This document shows, one piece after another, positions 10,315 to 21,800 of a DNA stretch of 43,474 nucleotides. The translations under genes and the position numbers were made by a program. Position 1 is the stretch's first letter. Each line of letters starts with the position of its first letter. The notes beneath the pieces are model-generated. The model made no database searches. It saw nothing but the letters and a program-made list of their open reading frames with translations, and had not been told where the DNA came from. Origin of the DNA: Elsinoe ampelina (Eukaryota); NCBI GenBank assembly GCA_010093995.1, contig ML992517.1:386677-430150 (forward strand), read 5' to 3'.

Positions 10315-11120
10315 CTACCAGAAACGCCATATGAAAAAGAAGAGTATTATAAAACCCAAAGCAGCAAAAGGACCATACTGGATCGAGGTTAAGAGTCGCC
10401 ACCATGGAGTATGTATCGCCACGCACCTGTTGTATGAGCAGTTGCCAGTTGATCCTCACTGCTGCTCTCTTGTACTTTTTGCTCGCATCTCTTAACTCGC
10501 TGCTCATTGTTCCCATTCTTTCGAGGGAGTCGCCGCGGTATAAAAGATCTTCCAAGTTCTTCGACATGATCTGTGTTGTTTCCTTGAGTTGCGCCTGTAC
10601 CTTGTCGAGGTTGTTGGATGCTCTTGGATTCTCATACGACTTTTTCGTCCTTTGGATGAAAGTGTCAAAGTCGTTGAAGGCGTATGGCCTCAATGTTGCT
10701 GATCGGTACTCGGTGTCCTTATGGGTGTTGAGGAACTCGGCAGCAATGTCGTCGAGGTATATGGTCGCAAGCTCTTTCGGAAAGGAACGCTCAGTGATTG
10801 CGAAGAAGACCAAGTCTTCGTGTCGGTAGTAGCTGAGCTTGTCAGTATAGCGCAAGCTTGTCGAGACTGTAGGCCTACTGAAGCTTGTAGTTGCCTGTCT
10901 CAATCGCAGCTCGAGGTTCCGAGGTGTTGGTCATCTTTCTGATGATCGAGCGTTGTTGGCCTTTGACTTCGTTGATCTCTCGGTCCGTCTATCATTCCTC
11001 TTAGTATCACGAGCTGCGCTGTGCCCGTGATGGGTGTGATTTGCCTACCGATTGGTCCTCGACGGATGCTGCGAGCATGAGACCATCGAGGCGGACGATT
11101 TGTGTCGAGTAGATTGGCAT
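10315..11120 (-). CDS. SEC22: ER-Golgi R-SNARE Sec22 (longin + synaptobrevin + TM anchor)
   Basis: MPIYSTQIVRLDGLMLAASVED start; introns 11048-10989, 10878-10833 and ~10426-10378; RPYAF..FDTFIQ, IMSKNLEDLLYRGDSLE; C-terminal TM segment YGPFAALGFIILFFFIWRFW*. Confidence 0.96.
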
Positions 11121-12041
11121 CCTGGCTCTTTTGCAAGCAGCTGGATAGCTGCTACTCTATACACGCGCTTTCATGCAAGTGGGATCTCGCCGTCGCCTGA
11201 CAGCTCGAGGTAAGGGCGTGAGGTCCTCGTGGTCGCAAGAGAAATGCCGTCCGCGTTTGGTGAACAGACGCGTGATCACTTTCAGGCGGCTTCAAACAAG
11301 ATCTCGACACTTCAGAAGAAGTACGATAGCGATTTGGATAATGCTCACAACTTGTGAAGACTTTGATGGTGGTATACGAGCTATCTGAAGCAAAAACTAA
11401 GAGCTGACGTCTGGGTGTCAAGCTTGGCGGAGCCGGAGCGGCTTCCAAAAGCAACCCATCCACCCACACCTGCCTCATCAAATCTCAACCATCTGCCATC
11501 ACAGCATCCTCAATTCATCTGCAGCAGATAGTCAGACCTCCGTTCTGGCAGTGCATGTCCCTTTCGCTTCTGTAAACGCGTTGTGACGAAGTCATTTTCG
11601 CATTGCGCCAGCAAGAGCTCTCCGAGGCTCAGGTGGGTCATTTGCGGAGGTCTTTCAGCCACCAGCTGCGACAATATCAAGGTAGGAGCTTCAATACGGT
11701 CTGATTCAACGACAATCGAATGCCATTCAACAGCAATAACACTTGACTCACACGTTCAAATCAATTGACACGTCCAAAGAAGCAGCACCTATAAAAACGA
11801 CATTTGCTTGGATCTCCTTCTTTCCTTCTCCTCTTCCCTCACAAACCACAGCATACAGTCAATCTTCTTGCTCTCCACCTACCTACCGTTTCAGGCCCGC
11901 CGGCTTCAGCTTCCAGACTCATATCTCAAGGTATCACCGTCGCTCGCTATGCCTACAGAAACCTTTCTGACCACCACTCAGCTCTCATCGCACCTTTCAC
12001 CACCTCACTCAACCACTCTCCGACTTCATCTCAACATCAAG

Positions 12042-12542
12042 ATGGCCTCCCTTCTCATTAACGGGTCCACCGAGCGCAACGTGACCGACGTACAGGCTGT
12101 CGTAAGTTCTCCACACGTCATCCTCTGAGCTCGACACTGACCTCTCAAGCGTGCCCTCATGGAGCCTGGTGCATGGAACGCCCTCGACGACGAGACAAAG
12201 CGCTACATCTACACGATGTTACCTATCCTCAAGGATGCTCAAGGCCAGCCCATCGAGCTCGACCTTGGTCCTCATCCAGCCCGCAACCCCGTCATCGGCC
12301 CGGTCATTGTCGAGTTCTTGGATAGCATCAAGGCCAATCACGGAAGCGGCTTTGAGCGCCAGGCGTATCGGGATGAGGCTCGTGTCGCCCTCGCACAGCT
12401 CGCCAACGGACAGCTCACTGGTGCTGGTGCCAACGCTCACCCGGCCCAGCCCGCACCTGCTGCACCACCCAATCCTGCTCCCAATGGTGCGCAGCCCGGA
12501 GCAGTACCCACTGCCCATCTCGCTCATCCTCGCCTCTATTGA
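12042..12542 (+). CDS. Small (~150 aa) protein with ASXH/DEUBAD-like segment and Pro/Ala tail
   Basis: Exon 1 12042-12101, intron 12102-12149 (GTAAGT..CTGAC..AAG), exon 2 RALMEPGAWNALDDETKRYIYTMLP..FLDSIKANHGSG..YRDEARVALAQLANG. C-ending codon bias; TATAAAA near 11790 and a CT-rich leader. Confidence 0.7.
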
Positions 12543-12543
12543 T

Positions 12544-13027
12544 ACTACCAGTATGAAGAGCCACCCCAGAGAAGAAGGAACCAGTAGATAGATACCCAGG
12601 CAATCCGGAATGAAGAAGTTACTACCACACTCTGCTTTGCTGTCCTTCCATAGCCCTTTGTGGATATGATTGCTGGTAGTTTTCGACATATTGCAACTAC
12701 CAGACTTGCTCCTGTATCCTTCCCAGAGCCCTTTTGAATCTTCCTTCTGGTAGTCCTGCACCCGCAGTAACTACCGGAGCTTGCGCTCTCTCCTCTATGA
12801 GCTGTCGTGTAAGTCCTGATAATTAACAATCACGACAACTCAGATTTGTGAGTACATCTGCTGGTAGTTTCGTACCTACTCATGATACCCAATATATGTC
12901 GTTTTGTTTCCATCAGGAGGGCTGTATATGTCTTCTGGTAGTTCATCAAGCGCGTGAAATACCAGATCTCAAGTCGTCTTCTCTCATGCTGCACTGTGGT
13001 AATCTTCTCGGTCGTGTCCACTACCAC
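12544..13027. repeat. Cluster of CTGGTAGT/ACTACCAG motifs forming spaced inverted repeats inside a diverged ~188 bp tandem duplication
   Basis: Exact 8-mers at 12544, 12673, 12696, 12747, 12861, 12935; near-matches at 12621, 12770, 12958, 12996, 13020. Confidence 0.85.
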
Positions 13028-13288
13028 ATCCGGCCAACTTGGTCACCATGGGATACATAATCTCAATTTGCGCTAATTCTTGGTCATTCTAACTATCAAG
13101 TATGACTGAGCTTAATTTCAATGAGCTTCCTAGATGTAAAATCTAACAGTGGATCCTGCCAGAGCAGTGGTCACGGTGTTTTGCTACCTGGTGCAGCGTC
13201 TCAATGAACCACTTCCCACAAAATACTTTTTCCGTTTCTGTAGGTCTACATCTACGAAATTTGCTGGCGAGGACTCGACAGTATTTTG

Positions 13289-14414
13289 ATGATGTCTAGA
13301 TCGAGCCTTGAGCATCGTCAAACACATAATCTGCTTCTAATCTCGAAGTTACTGCATCAAAGAGAGGCGACTTCACCTTTCACACTCATCCTTGACACCC
13401 TTGAGCAGTCCGCCCGCCCTCTGATTTCCGACAGCATACAAAGAGCTCGCGTCAGTCTGCGGACACACAGTCGTAGACCTAGTACTGATACGCAAACCAG
13501 AGATCCCAAACGAAAATTATATTTGTCTCGATTGACACACTTCGTAAGCCGACGGGCGTCGATGTCTTCATACCAATCTGGCAGCATGGGTTGGAGCAGT
13601 TTCAAGCAAGACTATCGTCATCGATAGAGCAAATCAATACCAGTCAAAGTATCGTCAACCATCTGCTTCAACAACGCACAAGATACTGACCAACAAAGGG
13701 TGCTTGGTTGTCGTAGACTGCCTGAACGCTCTGTGCAGCGGACAAGCTACCTCCTCGAATCTGCCGGCACTGCTATCGTCTTTTATTCGACCGAACATCT
13801 CTATGATTGCTACATATCACACCGACGTGCCATCGCCATCTGCCAACATAGCTATTGTCTACCAACCACCGCCACTGACCCTGCTTCGCTTCCTGGCCAC
13901 CACGATCATCACTGTCCACTCTCTCCATCACATGCTCGCTCAAAAGAAAGCTAGAGAGAGATCAATAGCTGAGCCAGTCTTTGGACTCGAGCAGGGCCTC
14001 GACGGGGTGTTGACAGGAGAAGGAGCTCAAGGCCGGGACGGCTTCGTACTCGAGATGGAGTTCAGAAGGAAGTCTGGAAGGGGAGTGCGGGAGTTCTTCT
14101 TCATGTCGAGGTCATCTTCAAAGCTTCCGAAGCTTCCACCTGGGGTTCAGGCCGCTCAGAAAGCTGTGGGTCTTGACAACGTAATTCTATTGGAGAATCA
14201 TCCGTCATGGAAGACTGAAGGCGACGAGCAACGGCAGGAGGATGAGGATCATGATGTGAGCTTCAATATTGGACTGACTGATAGACAAAGGAGGGACAGG
14301 GAAGGGGTCGTACTGCCATATTTTGATGCTCAAAAGGGCGGCGGCGAGGGCGGAAGGATTTTGTATGACATGGGGGTCGAGGATGATTTTGATGATGAAG
14401 AGGATGAGATATGA
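13289..14414 (+). CDS. ELP5: Elongator complex subunit 5 (Iki1/Elp5)
   Basis: N-terminal HNLLLISKLL..SPFTLILDTLEQSARPL; introns 13451-13500 and 13649-13698; ..EFRRKSGR..SFNIGLTDRQRRDREGVVLPYFDAQ..GGRILYD..DDFDDEEDEI C-terminus typical of Iki1. Confidence 0.93.
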
Positions 14415-14755
14415 TCAAAGAATCGTATTATTGACTCAAGTGATCCTTCAATATCTGAAATAGCAGAAATGCTCACAAGCTACAAAGCGGGGCGGAGCGG
14501 GGCGGAATTCGGATAGGTGGCGGTGATGGCGGGGCTATGTACGGTTGTCTGAATCTCACATGCTCCCAGAAGTTTGACTTCTCTTGCGACAACCCTTAAT
14601 CATCTCTTCGAAACACCAGCACCTTCCAGCACCTTCATCAAAAAAGTCGCAAATCTCGCGGCGAGCGTGGATCTACGAAGAAATTCTGTCCCCACATGAT
14701 ACAATAGCTCTTGCGACCTTGCCGCGTATGGTCCGTCAAATCGCAATTTCCTAGT

Positions 14756-15418
14756 ATGGCTCCCGCCCACGAGGAAGGCTACCCTGCTGACCGCCATGAT
14801 GATCGGAGTCGCAACAAGGGCGGTAGATATGATGACGGAGGATACGGCGAGAGGAGGGGCAGCAGAGGGTCAAATGGGGTGATTGAAGACAGTGGCCCGT
14901 ATGAGCAAAAGCGGGGACAGAAGCGGAAGAGTTATGACCAGAGAGGCAGCGATGACCGGTCAAAACGCCAAAGGACGAGATCGATATCTCCGGACACCGC
15001 GGCGCAAAGACGGAACGGAGCGCCGCGACAACGAGACCCCCCAAAAGGACCTCGAGGGTACCAGAATGGACCTGGAGGTCATAGAGGCAACTACGGCGGA
15101 CAGTCTGGACCCCGGAGGAACGATCGCGGTGACATGGATATCGACCAGCGCCGCACCAAAGAGAAGCCCAAGGACGAGCATCCTATCCACCGTGTCACAG
15201 CGGCTTGGATACCGGACATTCAGATCGAGGAGGATGATGAGCTACTACAAGAAGTGAAGGCTACGATGGGCTTTGCGGGCTTCAAGTCGAGCAAGAACAG
15301 GCAGGTCCCTGGCAATAACAAGAATCATGGCGTCAAGAAGGAGAAGCAGACTCAGTACAGGCAGTACATGAATCGTGTGGGTGGATTCAACAGACCTTTG
15401 TCGCCGAGCAGGGAGTGA
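14756..15418 (+). CDS. SNRNP27: U4/U6.U5 tri-snRNP 27 kDa protein-like (DUF1777)
   Basis: Arg/Asp/Gly-rich low-complexity N-terminus followed by MGFAGFKSSKNRQVPGN..YRQYMNRVGGFNRPLS. Confidence 0.9.
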   Translation: MAPAHEEGYPADRHDDRSRNKGGRYDDGGYGERRGSRGSNGVIEDSGPYEQKRGQKRKSYDQRGSDDRSKRQRTRSISPDTAAQRRNGAPRQRDPPKGPRGYQNGPGGHRGNYGGQSGPRRNDRGDMDIDQRRTKEKPKDEHPIHRVTAAWIPDIQIEEDDELLQEVKATMGFAGFKSSKNRQVPGNNKNHGVKKEKQTQYRQYMNRVGGFNRPLSPSRE

Positions 15419-15980
15419 GCCATCAGAGCGAAGGGTGGAGCTTTGTTCTACAGTCGGACATACCACGCGGTTGTGCAGCGGCTCTAGTGACTGGATGATG
15501 GTTTTTGCGGCTTATGTCCCAGCGCTCGACATCGCCTCGGGTAGCAGATGGTCCCCCGTCTGGAGAGGCACCCTCGATGCTCGAAGGCATGTAGGCAACG
15601 GCCCAAGTAGAGAGATATGAGGGTGCAGGATGTCGACCGACGTACAGATGGACGAGAGTCACGTGCGACATGAAGAGGCCGCTCGAGGAAGACATACGGG
15701 CATACCGAGCAGTACCTGGGAGAGCATCCGGGCTCTCAAGTTAGTGATAGGTCAATGATATAATTTGAGCCGTACAGATCATCCTGGTGAATGTAACGAC
15801 TTCAAAATCTTCTGCACTTGCCCGGTGGTGATTGACCCCTGATATGTTTGCCCGGTGGCCATCCCCGGAGCTTTCTCCACATTTTCTAGAGCTTGAAAGG
15901 CGCAACGTGTTTCTCTTACGAATGTCCGTCCAGTCCTATTTGTCACTTGTACATATACATCCTCCACCACTACTGGCAGG

Positions 15981-18515
15981 ATGAGGGCGAGAGTAAGCAA
16001 TTGGCAAATTGCCAGGCTCTTCCTCCTACTCAATCTCTCTTTGTTCGCATACGCCGTCGAGGAGTCGGTCTTCACGAAAGCATCCAACGATTCGCTATTA
16101 TGGGGCGCATACAGACCGAACCTGTATTTTGGCATTCGGCCACGACTTCCGAAGAGCTTGATGACAGGTCTGCTATGGGCAAGAGTCGAGGACTTCCAGT
16201 CCGTTCAAAACAGTGAGCTTAGCTGAGGTAACAGAAGGACACGGACTGACAAGAGCAAGACTTCCGATATACCTGCGAGCAGCACGAAGGAATGGCTGGC
16301 TATGGATGGGACAGCTATGATCCGAGACTGGGAGGCACACAGACGATCAAGGATGCTGGTAATGGTATTGACATCACAAGCGACTTTGTCAAGTTCCCAG
16401 ACAGGGGAAGCAATGGTGGTTCATGGGGGGCAAAGATCAAGGGGACCTTGCGGCCAGACAGCCCGCCGGACACCAAGACGACTGTTGTATTCTCGCTGGG
16501 ACTTGAAGGATTCGGAAGTCTGGAGATCGAGAGCATCGAGGGCGAAGAGGAGGAGATTGGCTACACCGGCGATTTGAGCTTCAAAGGACAGACCACGGAC
16601 TTGGGCGAGTTTAGCATTCTTGTGACTGAGGGCAAGGGGGACCACCCCAATCATCCATTTCAAGGCAAGAGGCTGGATCCGCTCGACCATACCCGCGTGC
16701 ATAGTCTCCAAGTACCGGACGCGGCTATCTGGCAGGCAAAGAATGTCATGTTTACCAGCATGAAAACCACCGTTGATCAGTACATCGAATTGTTCGGGCA
16801 GGAGAATATGCCGCCTCCGTATCAGACATACCGGATCAGCAATCAACCAGGTCACGGCAACATGCACCTTGTGCAGAAGACTTTCGAGGGGTCGTTCGAA
16901 TTTGAGGTGGTCTATTCTCAGGGCTCCGCAAAGCTTAAGGCTAGTGAGCTTCCCAAGCAGATCGATGCAGTGAACAAGGAGATTTCGAGTCGATACGCAA
17001 ACACCCACAAACCCGCACCGCCCTTCACCAGGACCATGCAAGAGACATTCTCGAAGTCCTTGCTGTCCAATCTGATCGGAGGCATTGGGTACTTCAATGG
17101 CGACCAGATGATTGACAGATCTTACGCAGAGGAGTACGAGGAGGCGAACGAGGGCTTCTGGGAGGAGACGGCTGCGGCGAGAGCAAGAAACGCCCAACAG
17201 CTCGAAGGTCCCTATGAACTTTTCACTAGCATCCCATCACGCCCATTCTTCCCGCGCGGCTTCCTTTGGGACGAGGGTTTCCATCTGATCCCGATCGTTG
17301 ACTGGGATATTGAGTTGACCCTACAAATCGTGAAGTCGTGGTTCAACACGATTGACGATGACGGGTGGATTCCTCGAGAACAGATTCTGGGACCGGAGGC
17401 TCGCAGCAAAGTACCGCAGGAGTTCCAGGTACAATATCCACACTATGCCAATCCGCCTACACTGTTCTTCATCCTGGATATGCTTCTAGAGAAGTCGACA
17501 TTGTCTACAATTCCGAACTCACATCCATTTATCTCGTCTGGACAACAAATTCACTCGTATCTCTCCGAGCTCTATCCTCTGCTCAAGCGCCAGTACTACT
17601 GGTTCCGCAAGACCCAACGTGGAGACATCAAGACCTATGACCGGTCAGCATTCTCCCAGAAGGAGGCATACAGATGGCGGGGCAGTACAAAGACGCATCT
17701 GTTGACTTCCGGACTTGATGACTATCCTCGTGCACCAACACCGCATCCTGGGGAGCTTCATGTTGATCTGATCAGCTGGATGGGCATGATGACAAGGACG
17801 ATGCGCAAGATTGCCGCTACTCTCAAGCTCGCGGACGACGAGGCAGAATATGAGTCGCTATCGACTGCAATTGAACGCAACATTGCAGATTTGCACTGGA
17901 ACAAGGAGCAAAGGACGTACTGTGATGCCACGGTCGACGAGTACGAGGAGAGTGTACATGTCTGCCACAAAGGCTACATCAGTATCTTCCCATTCATGCT
18001 CGGGCTGATCCCTCACGATGATGAGAAGCTTAAGTTCACACTTGACTTGATCGCTGACGAGGATGAACTCTGGAGCAACTATGGTATCCGCAGTCTGAGC
18101 AAGAAGGATGAGTTTTATGGCACTGCGGAGAACTATTGGCGAAGTCCAGTATGGATGAACATGAACTACTTGATTGTAAAGGAGCTCTGCGTAAGTGAAG
18201 TCGCCTCCGGGACAATCAGATCAACTGACCTCGTATCAGAACGTCGCCACAAGCAAAGGACCATATGCAAACAAAGCGAAAACAATGTACATTGCGTTGA
18301 GAAAGAATGTGGTCAATACAGTATTCGATTCATGGAAAGAGACTGGTTTCGCATGGGAGCAGTACAACCCCGAGACTGGAAAGGGACAGCGAACACAGCA
18401 TTTTACTGGTTGGACGAGCTTGATCGTCAAGATAATGTCCATGCCAGATCTTGAAGGCGTAGCTGCAGGAGCAAAGGGACACCAAAAGCAAGAGCCAATC
18501 AAGGACGAATTATGA
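15981..18515 (+). CDS. CWH41: Mannosyl-oligosaccharide glucosidase I (GH63)
   Basis: Hydrophobic N-terminus, [18 protein letters not shown]; introns 16213-16259 and 18191-18239; [61 protein letters not shown]; ends KDEL. Confidence 0.97.
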
Positions 18516-18800
18516 TGAGGTTGTAGTACCATAGAAGCTGTAGAATATGTGCAATACCCAAAAGCATCATGATTGTTTGCCTTTTCATATCGTCTGCCCA
18601 TGGAAATTAATTACCCTCCGTATCCATGTGAATGATCGACAATGCCAAGGCTAACATGAGCTTCGATGCATCTTTAACCACTTTCCAGTGCTTCTCCGAG
18701 CACTGAGCACGAGTCCGATATCTTCTGGCGCGTTTGTTTATACTTGAACTTGGTGTACCGAGGCTTGCCATTGCCGCATGAAAATGTACCAAAAACCATA

Positions 18801-21800
18801 ATGGCATCAGAACAAGATGGAGATGCTCATGCACCCCCCGAGGACATTACCGCACCGCAACTTGAAGTCGAGAAGCTTCACGCCCTACCTTCTGAGCAAC
18901 AGGATCTCTACCTCCTGACCTTTACCTCGGATCTCGTGAGGCATGTAGACAAGCTCGATCCAGATGCCGCTACGCGCCAGCAAGCAGGTATCAAGAAGCA
19001 GCTCCTCGACATCATCAATCTCTCCTCCCCGATACCGACTCGCATCATCAGGAACAACGTGGGCACATGCTTCCGCGAGCTCTTCCGAAAGTGCAATCGC
19101 AAGCTTCTCTACGAGTCGATCAACGATCTAGCAGCCATCATCAACGCTGGAAAGGAGAAGGATGTCAAGAGCAAGCATGCGGCCTTGGTTGCCGTGGGAT
19201 ACCTTATGGAGGGAGCAGGGGACAGCGCTGTCAGCTTGTCTGCGAATGTCTTTGGTAGCGTGATCAAGCTTCTGAAGACAGCTTACAACCATGCCGGGTT
19301 GAGGGCAGCGATATACAAGACACTTGGTCGGACAATCGTTGGCGTTGAGGGATCTGTGGATGAGATGAGCGCGAAGGAGATCTGGAAGGCGGCCAGGACT
19401 GCAGTCAATGGCGACAAGGCATACCAAGTTCAAATCAACGCAAGCTGGTGCCTGGAACAACTCCTCAAGAACACGATCTACTTTGACAACTCGAACGATT
19501 TTGAGAAACTGCAGACGGCAGTGTGGAAGGCCACCGACAGCCCGAGCAAGGATGTCAGACATGCCGCAGTGTCATGCTTGGCTGCCGTGCTGGTCAAGAG
19601 CTTTGCAGAGAAGCCCAATAAGGAGGTGATCATGAAGAAACCGAAGAAGACTAAGAGCAAGGGCAAGGGAGAGGACCAGGAGGCAGACGAGGAAATTGAA
19701 AGAGCCGGCACACCTACAATATCGAAGCCCATCACAGCGCTCTCCTTCAATCTGCTGGAGATACTGAAGTTGCTCTCAACCCGATATTCCAAGTCCTCGA
19801 CCACGAATCGGTCCCGAGTAGCTACGATCATTTGTTATAAGAAGGTTCTGCAGGCGCTGGGAGAGAAGATTGTGGAGAGTCACTACAGCCAGATTGTCAC
19901 GCATTTCTTTGTCGACATTATCACACAGCCTGCGATCAGACACATCAGGTATCGCGTCCTGATGACTCGCAAGTTCATCCGCATTCTGTTGGAGGACGTC
20001 ATACACGGTATGATGGGTGAGAGTGCTCAAATCAATGCTGCGCGCTTCCTCATCAATGATGTTCTCAAGGACTATCCACAATCGCTGCCGGAACGACCAG
20101 TACCATCAAAGCATTCCTTGATCACCACACTCTCGGGCTTGGAGAACTTGGTTGCCCGACTTCGATCTGCTATTCAACCACTCGCGGAAGCATGTCGAGA
20201 AGCTCTACTCCAGGTACTGCAACATCCGAGCTACACTGTACAGATCTACGTGGCGAGGTGCTTGAAGGTCTTCGTCAGGGCTTGTCCCGGTCAACTGCTC
20301 TCGACGATCACACTTTGCATGAACAGTGTGGGACGAGAGGTCAGCTTCTTGGGATCCGGTCGTCAAAGTCCTCGGAAATGCGTCGGCTATGCCAATGGGC
20401 TGGCCGCTTTGCTGAGCGCGTCTGCGGAGAATCCTCTGTATGGCGCTATCGATGTGTATGCCAGAGTATTGGAGCAAGCGACGACACTGCTAAAGTCAAG
20501 CGGAGTGTCAAACGTTAAGACGTCCGGAACCCAGCTCCAGGTAGCTTGGATCATGATCGGAGGATTAATGTCACTTGGTCCTAGCTTTGTCAAGATACAT
20601 CTACCACAGCTGCTTCTGCTGTGGAGAAATGCGTTGCCTGCTCCACCTGCCAAGGATGAGGTCTTGAGACGCAACATGATAGAGCAAAGCTTCCTGGCGC
20701 ATGTGCGAGAATGTGCACTCGGATCTATCACAGCCTTTCTCCACTTCAACAGCAGACTTGTCACTGCCGATGTGGCCAAACGACTGGCATCAATGCTGCA
20801 AAGCACTATGCTTTTCCTGTCTTACCTACCTTACAAGAAGACTACGGACGACGTCAGCCAGCGACTTTCTTCAGCATTGAACCTGCTTGATTTCGACGTC
20901 ATGGTTCGAAGGAGGGTGTTTCAATGCTTCACTTTACTTGTAATGTCCAATTCCCATGCTGTCCCGGATATCGTACAGGAGTCGAACGTGGTTTCTTTGG
21001 CGGTCTCGAGCTTCGCGGATCCGGACAACTATCAGCCGTCTTCCCTCAGCGCATCCATCGCAAGCTCAGTAGGCTCATTCGAGTCGATCTGGGAGATGGG
21101 CGACAACTCTGGCTTTGGTGTCACTGGTCTGGTCCGACGAGGCGGTCTGGGACCGGTGACAATTGAAAAGACCTCTTTTGAGCAGATGAGCCTGCTTCAG
21201 GGAGACATAGACGTGGATATAGAGCAGACTGTGGGTATCACGAGACGACACAAGGACTTTGCTGACATTCAACATAGATTCTGTCACCGGTCGGAGAAGC
21301 GTGGGAGCACGATGGAGTGAAAAACTACCTTTCCGGAGATCGACAGCAGCCACAACCGCCAGCTACCGAGCTTGTCAATGCGGCCATCACAGCTTTTGCT
21401 CTGGCATTCCCGCTGCAGTCTCCACGGGTGCAAGGAAGTATCTTGGAGCAGATTGCTTCATTCATGTCCTCGGTTGCAGCTTCTCCCAAAGATCCAGCTC
21501 GGCGAGCCGCCATCAGTGTGAACATATCCGCTGCTCTGCTTTTGTCCACGAAAGTGCTTCAAGGACAGACGGTGGGAGCTGCAGGCAAGTTCCAGAGCGC
21601 CTCTGCCGAGAAGACGATGCAGGGTATTTTGCATGTAAGATGACACGGAGATGTAATTATTGGGTAAGGCTGATCTTGGTAGATTTTACTGATTGACAAC
21701 GATGAGTCTGTACGGTGCATGACTGCCGAGGCGCTTGGAAGACTAGCGAGCCTCTGCGGTACGGACTTTACCAACACCGAGGTCAATCAGCTTGTAGACA

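Noticed and set aside
12544..13027. CRISPR-like interpretation of the spaced palindromes
   Set aside because: Eukaryotic context, repeats only 8-9 bp, irregular period and no cas genes.
14486..14505. AGCGGGGCGG direct repeat (GC-box/CreA-like) upstream of SNRNP27
   Set aside because: Short and common promoter-type motif with no further support.
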